A DNA stretch of 64,000 bases. Source: Microbotryum violaceum (Eukaryota). The notes beneath the pieces were generated by a model. It was not told where the DNA came from, did no database searches, and worked only from the letters and a program-made list of their open reading frames with translations. The position numbers were made by a program, and so were the translations under genes. How positions within the stretch are numbered: the first letter of the stretch is position 1; each line of letters starts with the position of its first letter. Positions 12,466 to 25,300 of this stretch are shown piece by piece. The stretch is from contig CDLV01000015.1 of the NCBI GenBank assembly GCA_001244265.2, positions 62,001 through 126,000 on the forward strand. The letters are read 5' to 3'.

Positions 12466-14052
12466 TCATTCCGCCTTGACCGACTTCGTTTCCGTCGGAG
12501 ACGACTTGAGTTGACCTTGGCCAATCGCGGACTTGCGGTAAGAGTTAATGAAAAAGGAGAGGAAGAGGTAAGCTGTTACAAAGAGACAGCAAAACGGGTT
12601 AGGGTTTATCTCTTTTGAGTGATGCACATCTGAACGCGCCACCTAAATCACGGATGACTCACTCAGAGGAATCAAGTACAGGACGTTGATCCAGACCGCA
12701 AGCCTCTGATTCGGCGTCACCAAACAACTACCACCAACCCTGGCTTCCACTAGTTGTTCCCTCGCCGCAAATTCCAAGCTCGTCACGTTGAGCGTGGATG
12801 AGCCCAACGCGTGGGTCATGTCGCAGAACAAGGGGGCGAGCGCCTCCTGCAGGTGAGCGGGGCGCGTGTTGGGGAGAGCGATGAAGAGGTACGACACGGC
12901 CAACGAGCCACCGACGAGGAACTGAGTGATCTGAAGCCTCGTCAAGTTCTTCTTGAGGAAGATGGGGAAGGGGAGATGACAAGCCGATGCGACGTAGTAG
13001 AGGTACATGATGCTGTGGATCGCCGAGTTGAAGACGACGAAAATCCACGCCGGCATCGACATGCTTCGGAAGGCGTAGCCCATGCTGATCACCGCGCCGG
13101 CGTGGTGGTACGATTGCAGCATGCCAACTCGCTTGCCTGGAAATGGGATACGGACCGTCAGTACACACTCGCGACTGTGACTCAGCACATCGGCTTTCAA
13201 GTGCTGCAGCTCGCTCGAGGACTAACCCTTGGCCAGAATGATGGCCGTGTCAACGACTTCGTAGAATTTTGACAAGTAGAACAGATAGGCGACGCGTGAG
13301 AACGTGTTATTGCTCCAGAACGCGAGCGACGAGTCGCAGAAGGTGTGGGTCAAACCCGTCAGACCATCAGCGACGTAAGATCGAGCGAAGGCCGAGAAGA
13401 TCAACGGCGCAGCCGAGACGAAGCTGGAGGCATGTGCGGAGGGTAGGGAGCGGCTCAGCGAGTGCGTAGCACCGGAGCAGCAACGCCTTTCCTTTCACGA
13501 GATCTCAGACTTACGTCCATGCCGAGTAGACTGCCAAAAACAAGTTGTGCATCACGACGACGACCTTCCACCTCTTGCCCGTGATCCTGTTCTTGCCGTC
13601 CGAGTTAGCGGACAAATATTTCGTCGTGAAGAAGTAAACGATCGCAAAGACGATGGGAGTCCAGGGATGCAAGAAAAAATAGTCTGTTGGCGCGAATGTC
13701 AGATCGTAGGTTTGCATCGAATTCGAGGATGCATCGCAAGTCAGGAGTCAAAAGCGGTCGCAGGCGCGGCGGCGGAGCCGGGGGGCGATGTTAGAAGGGC
13801 GACGGCCGGTTATGCAGCAAGAGGCGTAAATTCGAGCCAAGGTTGCGAGGCAAGCAAAGGAGTTGAGAAAATAGACACATCGTTAATATTAAGTTAGACT
13901 GCCATATGCCACAACATCCACAGAGGTCGCTTACACAACTGGGGAAAGATGATGCCATCCGGTTGTGGTGGCGTGCCAAAGTTCTCGAGAGAGGCCAGCG
14001 TGGCGCGAAAGCGCGGGGAAGCAGTCGCGAGCTTGGCGGAGAGGACGTCCAT
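12466..14052 (-). CDS. GNS1/SUR4 (ELO) family fatty acid elongase with QxxHH box
   Basis: HNLFLAVYSAWT, FYLSKFYEVVDT, MLQSYHHAG, NSAIHSIMYLYY, LTRLQITQF and TYLFLSFFINSY; ATG at 14052, stop at 12466. Confidence 0.92.
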
Positions 14053-14731
14053 TATCACTACACAGAGAAGCCTCAGAGGTAGAAGGCGTCGAACAGCGAG
14101 AGTACAGGTGAGCAATGCTCTTGTGTGCCGGGATGAGTGCACTCGGAGAACAAGTTCGGTACGAAGGGTAGGGTGGGGAGTAAATCCTGTGCGAAGTCGA
14201 CGGGGAGCGAAGTGCTGTCTTTCGCGCAAATGAAATCACCACGAGATGTCACGCTCGAAGATGGTCGCATAGGTCTGGGCCTCGAAATTTCACGGGCTCG
14301 GAACTCCGTCTTAGCCGAATCCCTCCTTTTTCTGCGGTCACTGGTGAGGAAACACGTGCCAGCTTGTCAAAGCGATCGAGAAAATGAGCCAGCTTCGGCG
14401 ACGGGCAGCACCGACCGGTCACCAGCACAGGCGACGGCGATCAGCCGACGGGGGGCCGCCGGTTGGGGAATGGGGATCAACCTGGGTGCTTTTCGGGGAT
14501 GCGTCACTGCATGTGCTGCACCCACCACGTCCCCACCTTTACTTACCGTGCAACATCGTAAAAATGCTCCATTCTCGCATACACTTCTTCGAAGTTTTGT
14601 GCGCGTACATGAAAATTCAGCGTTCAAGCGTCGCTCGCTGCTCCGTAGAAGTACCGGGCACTTTTGCTTCTGCTGTAGTAGCCCCTGGTTTTTTGGCTTG
14701 CGGGTAATTGCTTGGACCACGATAGTACACT

Positions 14732-14757
14732 CCCCCCCCCCCCCCCCCCCCCCCCCC
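14732..14757. repeat. Poly-C homopolymer (about 26 nt)
   Basis: Uninterrupted C run between the elongase promoter and the pICln 3' end. Confidence 0.95.
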
Positions 14758-15006
14758 GGTTGATTCCTCTTGCCCATCTGATTCGGACGGCGACTCCAGA
14801 ATATTACAAACACACAGGCGACAGTCTTCCTACCTTAGGCCAGGCCTACCCCGACGACCTTCTTCCGGACAGGGGTCCTCACGAAGCTCAAAAGCAGAAC
14901 TCGTGGGCCGGCGCCGACGCCGATGGCTGTGGAGTCACACAGTCTTAGAGTTTGTGCACTCGATGAAATAGAGCAGATTTACATAGATAGGTCGTATCGA
15001 TCACGT

Positions 15007-15974
15007 TCAGTATGGCCCCTTTCTCGTTTCGGGATGGGTAAAGTCACTCCTGACGCGACCAGCGCTACTCTCAAGGGCAATATCGGGGGAATCGGGGGCA
15101 TCTTCCATCGCATCTCCACTGCCGTGAGTTTCGACCGAATCGAGTCCAGGTCCAGCGACGTTGCCCTGCTCGTCGGCATAGACCATCGAGTCCGGGTCAA
15201 GACCTCCAAAAAGCGAGGATGGGTCCGAGGCGCCAGGTGGGGGATGCAGCGCGGCGCAGTCCGAAAGCGTTTCGAATATCTTGTCCACTAGGACGATGGG
15301 TTGTTTTGAAGATCAGCCTCAGGGGAGAACTCGTGGCTCATTCTTCCCGACGGAGCCGACAAGACGGGACTTACCAGTCGAAGAGTCGCTCGGGAAGAGG
15401 ATGAGCTCGTACGTCTGCCCTTCAAGTTCATCCGTGTCGGATTCGATGACCTCCGCGTCGACTTGGCAGTAGATGCAGGGCCCTGCAGGTGGTGCCGTCG
15501 TCGATGATGATGTCTCGGACGAAGATGAAGCGGATGCACCATTGGTGGTCGCGTTCGTGGTCGAAGATCTCGGAGGCTCGCGTGAGATGGCGTGCAGGGT
15601 CAAGTGCGGGTAGGGGATCGAGAGTCCGGTCGAGGATGCCGTTGAAAAGAAGGACACAGCTCTGTGCAAGGTACAAGTCGTCCAGACGGGTTCGCATGCG
15701 AGCGCGCGGCGGCCGGGTCAGTGGGTGGGGGAGGAGGTCAAGACCAAGACGGAAGACGGAAAGAGCAAACGGACCCTTCGGTGATGTAGAGATCTGCGAC
15801 ACCTTCACGCTCAAGCTCTTCAAAGGGCGGGTCAAGGGTGTAGCGTACTTGGGTCTCGTGGTGATGGAGCAGAGGGGGTATGTCGGTGAAGCTGGCCGGA
15901 GTCGACTCGGACAGGGTCGCGAGCTGTTGGCGCGTCAGGGCTGGCGGGGACGAGCGTAGTAGTGTGAGGGGCAT
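15007..15974 (-). CDS. LOT5: pICln/Lot5 (Voldacs domain) protein, multi-exon
   Basis: GVADLYITE, GLSIPYPHLTLHAISR, PCIYCQ, ELILFP, IFETLSDCAALHP and GRVRSDF. Confidence 0.88.
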
Positions 15975-16279
15975 CTTGATGGGGGGGTGCTTTGGGTTTG
16001 ACCGGGATGGAAATGGTGCGAGAGGGGTGGAGATGGTGGAAGAGCCGTAGAGCGGACTGGCTGGACACTGGCTGAGGACGATTCGAGATGACAGGCGCGA
16101 AACTCTCGCGAACTATAGCGCGAACTATAGCCGACTATAGCCTACTTATAGCGGACTATTTAGCGCGAACTGTTGCGAACTGCCTCTAGCTGCATTCTAT
16201 AGCTGCCGGTATTTGCCTCTGCACTCTGCTTCTCGGTCTGCAAGTGCTGCAACAGCCACCCGTCGATCGGAGCTGGTGC

Positions 16280-19165
16280 ATGTTGGTTCGGCCATCGATT
16301 GTTCGTCTTATCAGTCCACTCTGGCTGTTGCATCCACGCCCGTGTTACCCGATCCTTGCGCCGACTTGGCCCATTCGCAGCCCCGACCGCGGAGCTCGCT
16401 CTCGCACAAGCACCACGAGCACCACGACCAGCAGCATCTCGAGCCCTTCATCGCCGTCGAATCCCATCATGGCGACTCATCAGCCTGCCCCCCTCCAGGA
16501 CTCGGGCGTCTACCAGGCCACCGACGATCCACAAGACGACAGTCCTTCTGCCCTCGCAGCTCCCACCTCAGCGTCGCGTGAGTCTCACCTCACACCCCCA
16601 CTTCACTTGGAAGAGTGAGACGGCCCGGGACCGAGCGACCTGATTATCTCACCTGCGATCCAACAGAACAAGCATCAGATGTTCCCCACGGATTTGTGGT
16701 GCACCGAGAATCCACCACCTCGATCCTCTTCGCTGTTCCTTCCGCTACCACGCCGACGACCACAATTGCCGCTGCCTCGACTTCAACCGATTCGACTTCA
16801 CCCTCCTCCACCGCCGCAAACGTCGCAAACGTCGCCCCCGTATTCCTCAATCCCGTGCAAGAGTACAACCGCGATCTTTCCGTCGTCGCGATCCGCACCT
16901 GGTCCGAGATGAGACAAGCCGAGAAGCAAAAGTATTGGGAGGTCGGCGTTAGGAACAAGTGGACCAAGAAGAATCGCTCCCGGCTCGACAAGCGCCAAGA
17001 AACCGGCGAGCAAGACCACGCTGCCCAGGGAGGTGATAGGAAGAAGCGCAAGATGCCAGATGGTAAAGCACAAGCAGTCGACCTCCCCACGGAGCCCGAA
17101 GCTTCGACGTCTATCGCCGACGACCCAGTCAAAGAATTCCGCATCGCCAACTACCCGACCTTCAAGTTCACCCTGCTCGAGGCCCTGTCCGCAACCGGCC
17201 TTCGTGCGATCCGTTACGCCAAAGAGATTCCGCTGCTCAAGTATGTCGTTGCAAACGACCTCTCTTCTTCGGCTGTGGAGGACATTGAGCGAAACATTGC
17301 ATGGAATGGTCTCAAACCGGCGCAACCTGAACCGGCCTCGACCGAAATAATTGCTGCACCATCAGCCGAAAAGCCGAAAGACGAGGTGGAAAGGCTAGGC
17401 AAGGTCAGGGCGAACCATGACGACGCGTGGTAAGGGATCTCCTTGCTCATCGGATTCGATCGGTGCTGACTGAGATGCGGAGGGCTGACCTTTTTTCTTC
17501 CATTTAGCGACCTCATGTACCGACACCGTTCGGAATCCACACGCTTTGATTGTGTCGATTTGGATCCATACGGCAGTGCGGTGCCTTTCCTGGACGCAGC
17601 CGTCGGAGCCGTTGCCGATGGTGGTCAGTTCTTTGAGGGGGGAAAGACTTGAAGAAAGCTGTAAAGTTCTACCCGCAGGCAGGCTGATTTTGAGCTATGC
17701 GGTCCTATTCATCCTCTACCTTAGGGTTGCTGTGCATCACATGCACCGATATGGGTGTGCTCGCGGGACACAACTATCCCGAGAAAGCGCAAGTTCTTTT
17801 AGTCGCATAACCGACGATCCCGAGGCAGACTTTTCCTTCTGACCACGCGTCTCCCCGCCTTGCTCCTCATATCACAGCTTCACACACTATGGTGGCGTGT
17901 GCGTCAATACTGAGTACTCTCACGAAGTTGTGAGCTCGTCTCCTGTGCGCCCACGAAGAAAATGTGTTACGCTCGACTGATCCTATCAAACTAAGCAGGC
18001 ACTCCGACTGGTCCTGCACTCGATCGCTACGACAGCAGCCCGCTATGGTCGTTACATCGAGCCCTTGCTTTCGTTGAGCATCGACTTTTACGTCCGCCTC
18101 TTCATCCGAGTTGACACAGGACCCAAGGAGGTCAAGGCGCTGCCATCGTGAGTGAAGACTTGCTTTATAGGACGGTCCGAAGGTGACCTGCTTTGACTGA
18201 ATTGAATTTACTGGCAGTAAAACGTCGCTCCTCTACTACTGCCACCACTGCCAGACGCCGCACTTCCAACCAATGGGGAGGACTGCCGAGAAAATAGGGA
18301 AATCGGGCGCAACAAACACAACTTACCATGCCGCTTCTGGACCGCCACCGGGCGTCGGTGAAACCTGTGGGCAATGTGGAGGGAGGTTCAGCGTGAGTGT
18401 CCCGTCTTTGACTGGCCGATTCTTTCTGTGTCGATCCGATGCTGACTAGATTTGCTCATATGAACAGATCGGAGGCCCGATGTGGTCTGCGTCGATCCAT
18501 TCACAATCGTTCATCACTGCCATGCTCGGTCAACTCGAAGCGCACCCAACAGATTTCAACACGGCTACTCGCATCCAGGGGATGTTGACCATCGCAGAAT
18601 CCGAGGTCCGCGATGGGCCGTTGTACTTTTCACCCACAAAACTGTGTGGCTTCTTTCATTGCCAGAGTCCGCCGATGAATCTGTTGGCGTGAGTTCCCGG
18701 AAATGTGATCCTCGAGTTCTTCATTTTCATTGACGGTATCACCCTCATCTTCCTCTGTGCTGATCGGCCTCTATAGTTCGGCGCTGCTCAATGCCGGTTA
18801 CCAAGTCTCTCGCTCGCACGCTTTCCCCGGTTCACTGAAGACGTCGGCCCCCCGGGACTTTGTCTTCGACGTCATAAGAGAATGGATCAAGTCGCATCCG
18901 GTCAACATGAAGAATGTCAAGGAGGGCAGCCCCGCCAATACGCTATTGGCCAGGACACAACGGTGCGTTGCCTCCCACCGCATCACGTGTCCAGGAGATG
19001 ATGTACAGACCTTTGGCATTGCGTCACAGGTACAAGGTCGACTTGACACCTCATCCGGACGTGGCGAAGCATATGCTCTCGGATCTCAAATTGGTCAAAT
19101 ACCAGATGAACCCGCAGGCGAATTGGGGACCTGCGAAAGCTGCAGCCAAAGGGAAAAAGGCATAA
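16280..19165 (+). CDS. TRM1: tRNA (guanine26-N2,N2)-dimethyltransferase, multi-exon; alternative in-frame start at 16469
   Basis: [72 protein letters not shown] and [11 protein letters not shown]. Confidence 0.95.
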
Positions 19166-19358
19166 TGGAACCATGAGGCATCGCTGTACTTCCGGGCTGT
19201 ACTCCATGCAATATCGAGCCTGCTATTTGCTTGATCTCGCACAATGAAATCGCAGAGCGTGCCAGATACTGCACATGTCAGGTCAACTGTAAAACCTACG
19301 CTGACGGATCTATCTTACAAGCCCCACTGCATTACGGTTTCCAATTTTCTTTCCACTA

Positions 19359-22300
19359 TCACTCTTCATCGCCTTCAACGATCGTATCCAGACCTTCTTC
19401 CTCATCCTCTTCATCTTCGTCCCATTCGCCGTCTTCGTCCTGTTCCTCATCGCCTTCCTGTTCCTCATAGTCCTCCTCATCCTCAACCCCTTCTTCGTCA
19501 TCGTATTCCTCGTCGTCCTCATCATCGCCATGCTGCAGCTGCAAGGATGCTGCAGCGCTACCAAACGCCTTCGGATCCTGAACGGGAGCAAACCCTTTGA
19601 AGCCAAAAGTCGGCGAAGCAGCAGACCCAGCAGCTGGAGAGGCGATCTTGGAAGGAGGCGCAAACGAGAACGATGGCGCGCCCGAGAGAGCCGGGAAGCC
19701 CGTGCTCGCCGAAGGCGTGGCGGCGAAAGAGAAGCCGGCACTACCCTGTGCAGGCGGTGTTGTCGCAGCTGAGAAGGGTTTCGAGGCCACCGGAGCCGCA
19801 GCGAATGGAACAAATCCAATCGGTTTCCTGTCCCCCGACGTACTCGGCCCACTCGCTCCAGACCCATTCGATGATCCAGCAGCCGGCAAGTTCCAGTCGA
19901 AAGTACTTTTCGGTACGGCTGCTCTACCTTCTGATTCAGGAGCTACCACAGACTCGCTGGATCGCAATTTGACCGCCGAGGACCGGGAGCTCGAGATCTT
20001 GGATCCTCGCGAGACGCCACTGCCACCACTCGGCCCACTCAGCGGCGACGAAGGCGTCGGCACGATGGGAGTCGCAAACGAAAACTGGGGGGCACTCTTG
20101 AACGTCAAAGGTGGTGGTGCAGCTGAGTTTTGAGACTCGGCGCTGCTGAAAGGTGAAGACGAAGACATTGAAAGTCCAAAGGCAGAACCGGGTGGCTCTG
20201 CTTTGATGATCGGGGCTACAGGCGCGGGTGCCGGTGGGGGCGTCTTTGGTCTTTCGGGCTTGCGGCGGGGAAGGGGTAGTCGGTCGCCAGTAATGGGACC
20301 GCGAGAGAACGCCAGTTGCAAGTCGGCAATGTCTTCATGAGCGTTCGAAGACGCTTTCTCGCGAGCGCTTTGGTTGAGTCGGGACACGGGACCTTGTACG
20401 TGAAGGAGCGCTCTTTTGAGGATCGCGCAAGAGCGCTCGGCTCTCAAGGCGGCTTGGGCCGTTGCAAGGACATCTGGTCGTAGTTGGGTCGTGCCCGGCG
20501 ACGACAGAGCTTTCACCGACGCACCCGGACTTGCCCGCAGGATGGACGGGGTGTTCATCGAGTTCTCGGTGATGGAAGCCGACCGAGCCCGCGCTGACCG
20601 AGACAAGCTCGTCGTTGATGCGGGCTGAACTCTCATCAACTCGAGGCGCACCGTGAGCTCGTCCAGCTCGAAGGTCTTTTCCGCGACGGCGCTCGAGATG
20701 TTGCGAACGGCACGATTGACCGAATCGAGTGAAGGTGCTCTGGGAACGGAGAGTCGAACGTGTTGAGCTTCGACTTCGAAGTACTCACGAGGGAGAAGTG
20801 TAAGCAACTCACTTGAAGGAGGTCCGCCCTAGGCGGCTTTCAACCATCTTCTCCCGCAGGACCGAGACATGGTCCTCGACTTGCCCAAGCGTCGCTTTCA
20901 TTGTCTGTGAATGGATCACGGTCAAAATCGAATCCCATCTTGCTAGCATGTATAGCCAAATACTCACCGTCATGGCAAGCCTGAGCCGTTTTTGGTTTTC
21001 CAATTGCTCGGGCCCAAGTTGCCGCACGCGGACCATCTTGGCAAAAACGGGATCGTCTTTGGCTCGGATAAAGCGCGCGGCTTCTTCGCTCTTCGTTTCA
21101 GCTGCAGCAGAGACATCGGGGTCATGCGCGGGTTAGCTCCCCAATTAAGACCCTCCTTCGAGCGAACCCTAACGAACGACTCACCTTTGAGCATCAACGC
21201 TTGCAACTCTGCGACCTGCATCTTCTGCTTCTTCGCTTCCTCGACCAACTTGCCCACCCCAGGCTGCACATCGAGCAACGCGCGTCGAAGTTTGCTCAAG
21301 TCACCGAGACTCCAATACCTGGGATCGAGATCCTCAGCGACTTCACTCGAAGACGCATCGACCTGACAAGGTTTGCCGATCGCCTTAACGAAGTCGCGTA
21401 GAATGACAGTGTTGCGAGCCACGATCCCGAAGTCGGTCTGCATGCGCAGGTACGCCTTGGCGAGTTCACCTGCCATACCCTTCTCCTTGACGACGGGCTC
21501 GGCCGCTTTGACGAGCTGAGATCCGAGCTTCGGCGGCGGGGAAAGGTCCGCAACCGAGGCACGTTGAGCGGCTTGCTGTTGGGGTGCCGGAACGGAAGGA
21601 GCCGGGCTTGATGAGGAGGCTGATACAGCGCCAAACGAAAATGTTGGACTTTTGACCACTTCTCGTTTCGGCGCAGCAGGTGCGAACGAGATCGCGTTCT
21701 TCGACGTCTCCTTGGGCGCCATCGACGCGAACGAGAAGTTTGGCTTTGGCTCGGCCTTGGGTGTTGAAGGCGCAGCAAAAGCGAAAGGACTGGCTGACGC
21801 TGGTGAAGTTGACAAGGGCGAAGGCAATGGCGACGTCGAAGCAGTAGGTTTTAGCGGAGCACCAAACCCACCAAAGGACAGCGCGTGTTTGGTCGCCTCA
21901 GAAGTGGCCGCTTGTTTTGGTGCTTGAGCGAACGAAAAAGCCGGTGCGGCAGACGGCGCCGAGTTTTGTGGAGCTCCCAATGGCGATGGTACGCGGGGAA
22001 CGGACGATCCAAAGCCTGAAAATGAACCGCCGCTGAACAAAGGAGGTTTCGTAGTACCTTGTGTAGACGGAGCCGAAACCGCAGCCGGAGCAGACGACTT
22101 AGGCGCTGGGACGGGAGCTGGAGCGTGGAAAGAGAATGTAGGTGGAGATGACTTTTGCTGACTGCTTGCATCAGAGATCGCCGGTGAAGCTGGTGCTGTG
22201 GGTGCGAAAGGCGAAGCCTTGGGAGCCGAGACCGAAGTGGGAGCCGATGCAGGCGGAGACGACGCTGGCGAGAACGCGAAAGCTTTTGGTGTAGCTTCTG

Positions 22301-25300
22301 GTTTTGGCTCGTCCGCAGCCTTCAGTGCTGGCTTGACGCCCTCTTTTGTCGGTACGGGAGAGGGCGACGAGGTGCCCTGGGCCTGTTCATCGTTGGCAGC
22401 ATCGCTACTCGCATCCACATCTTGCTCTTCTTGATCACCGTCCTCATCGTCGTCTTGAACATCTTCTTCCTGCTCATTGGTGTCACCCTCCTTTTCCGCA
22501 TACTCTCCCTCACTTTCTCCTTCCCCTTCGTCATCATACTCTTCTTCATCCTCGTACTCCCCCTCTTCATCATACGCCTCCTCGTCATACTCCTCATCTT
22601 CCCCTTCCTCATCCTGATCACCCTCAATCCGACCCAATCGACTCAACAAACTATTCCCCTCCGTCTCCCCAGAACTTTTACCGAGCGAAGGCGTCGACGG
22701 CGGTGAGCTGGCGAAACCAAACAGACTCTTCGCCGAAGCCGGAGTCGACACTGGTGTCTTTGCTGAGGTAGTGATAGGTTTGGACTCGGTCGGAGTGGAC
22801 TGAGTGTCAGAGTCCTCCTTGGGTAGTGCTGGGGTGGTAGGGACCGGCGTGTTCGATGTAAATGTCGATGGTGCTGAGGGCCCGACTCCGAATCCGAACC
22901 CAACCGGGGGTGTCGACGAAGGTGCGGGACCAAAGCCTCCGAAACCACTCTTGAAAGATACAGGAGCTGCAGGCGGCGAAGGCAAAGCAGCAGGGGACTC
23001 GGCCGGCTTCGGTGTTGGAGTAGGCGGAAGGGTAGGGGATGCAGCCGCTGCAGAGCCAGAAACAGATAGTTGCTTCGCTTCGCTTGTCGGTGTCGTCGCC
23101 GCGGGCGTCGTCGATCCTCCAAGTCCCAAACTACCCATCTCAAACGCACCCGACAGAGCCGTACCAAAGCTACCCGCACTTCCCTGAGAAGCTTTCTCGG
23201 CGATCCTCTCGCTCGAAGTCTTGGCAGTTTTCAAACTAGCATTCAGATCCAAACCCGTGCGTTCAGGTTCCAGATCTGGCGGTTCGTCGACCCTCGCTCC
23301 CGAATCGTCGACGACATCGACATCTTCGTCCTCGTCGTCCGAGTTGAAGGCATCTTTGCGCAAGCCGAATGAAGGCTTGGGCGTAGACGCAGCTGTTGTC
23401 GAAGCGGGGGAGCCACCGAACGAGCCAGTACCGAACGCAGGTGCTGATCCTCCAGCCCCAAAAGCCGAACCTCCGTTCCCGAAAGCCGAAATAGTTGTCG
23501 AGCTCCCACCGGGCGTCGAGGAAGTCGAAGAACCCAATGCGCCGCCCGAGCCAAAGATCGAGGCCCCGTTTGCTGGTTTGGCCGCTGCGAACGCACCGAA
23601 TCCGCTGCTTCCACCACTGGTAGTTGCGCCGAAGGCGTTGTTTGTCGACGAAGACCCGCCGCCGAACGCCCTGAACGCGTTCGAGCTTGTCGGGGCGGCG
23701 AACGGCGAAGGTGAAGCGGTGCCGAAAGAAGATGCAGTAGTCGTGCCAAACGCCGACGAGGAGCCGAAGGCCGCTGGTGCACCAAACGCAGGGGCCGCAG
23801 TCGGAGCACCGAATGCAGGCGTTGCATTCGAAGCCCCGAAGGTAGGTGTCGAGGTTGAGGTCCCGAACGCGTTCGTTGCTGGAGCTGCCGAGGCCTTGGA
23901 ACCAAAGGGATTGGGCGAACTCGTCGACGAGCCAAAGGCATTGGTTGTCGTCGCTGCTGCAGCAAACGGAGTAGCCGAACCGGAAGGAGCCTCCTCGCTC
24001 TTTCCAAAAGCAGGAGCGGCCTTGAATGCACTGCCGGATCCGAAGATGCTGCCCCGATTCGAAGTCGCCGGCGTGGCAGCTGCAGCCGCGCAGAACCCGC
24101 TGGAAGTCGCGGCAGAGCCAAATCCAGCGAATCCAGTTGCGCTGGTCGAGGATGATCCAAATGTGGCAAACGCGTTGGGTGTACCACTCGACACTACTGG
24201 AGGTGTACTTGAGCCCGATGCCGCGGCGCCAAAGACGGATGTCCCGAGGGCCGGCGTCTGACCAAAGGCGGGGGTCGAACCAAACGCCGAGGAGCCAAAC
24301 GCCGAGGGCCCAAAGGGCGAGGGGGAAGATGTTGAAGCCACAGCAAAAGGAGACGAGCTGGGAGCTCCAAAAACAATGGAAATGGGTGCAGCTGGCGCCG
24401 AGGACGGGGCGGCTCCGGCATCCTGAGCAACGGGTTCGGACTCGATCGTGACGTCCTTTGCTTTGACGAGCCCTTGATACGGCTGAGGCGCGTTCGAGTT
24501 GGCGACACTCCAGGATACAAGTACACCTTGAGTGGTGAGCACGAGAATAATCGGTGCCTCGCCAGTAAGATCCAGTGCCAGTCCTACAGGTGCAACATCG
24601 TCGCCGTTCTCTCCCATGGGCAGCGTGGGCCGACTCGCGTCGGGCAGAACGAGGCCCTTCCATTGCCCATCGTCTTCGAACTGTGCAATCGCGCCCAAGT
24701 CGGCCGACGGCTTGTTGGCGAAGAAGAGCAAGTGCTTGAACGGTGCCCAGCTCTTGAGCCTCAGGGTCCATCGCTTCCCTTCAAACTGGGTCAAACCAAA
24801 TGCCGGTGTGGGGTCGAAGAATTTGACGTGTGCGTACTCACCCGAGCCGAGTTTGTTGACGACAAAGACCTCGTCCGCGTGAACCGGTTCTTGACCCTCT
24901 GGGGTCGGCAGAGCGTACGTGATGAGCCAGGCCGTGTTTTCCAACCATTCGACTGCGCGGACCTGGTATTCGGCCGAGAGCGACGACGGACGAGGAATCG
25001 AGCCCTTGAGTTGGCCCTCGGGAGTGTACTGAGCAACAAGACCATTGATGTCTCCGACGGATATTTGCTTGCCCTTGACGGACCAGCACGCGGATGTCGC
25101 CTTGAGGTCGGGAGGGAATGCGGTCTGGGATGCGGTGGGGGAGGTGAGATTGATGATCCGAGGTGGGGACGGTGTCGTAGAGACAAGCAGCACCAGCGGC
25201 GAATACTCGGCCGGGCAGCCGTGAATGGACAGCAACGAACCACCAACCGAAGGAAGAATGTGTTGAGGCGTGGTCTGTTAACGGACGTCGAGTGATTACG

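Noticed and set aside
4496..14052. Lipid or secondary-metabolite cluster (citrate synthase, hydrolase, elongase)
   Set aside because: No PKS/NRPS, transporter or adjacent regulator; the synthase has a mitochondrial presequence
23221..24771. Long overlapping and antisense ORFs (346, 314 and 502 aa) within NUP159
   Set aside because: Expected shadows of GC-rich, low-complexity FG-repeat coding sequence; no domain signal
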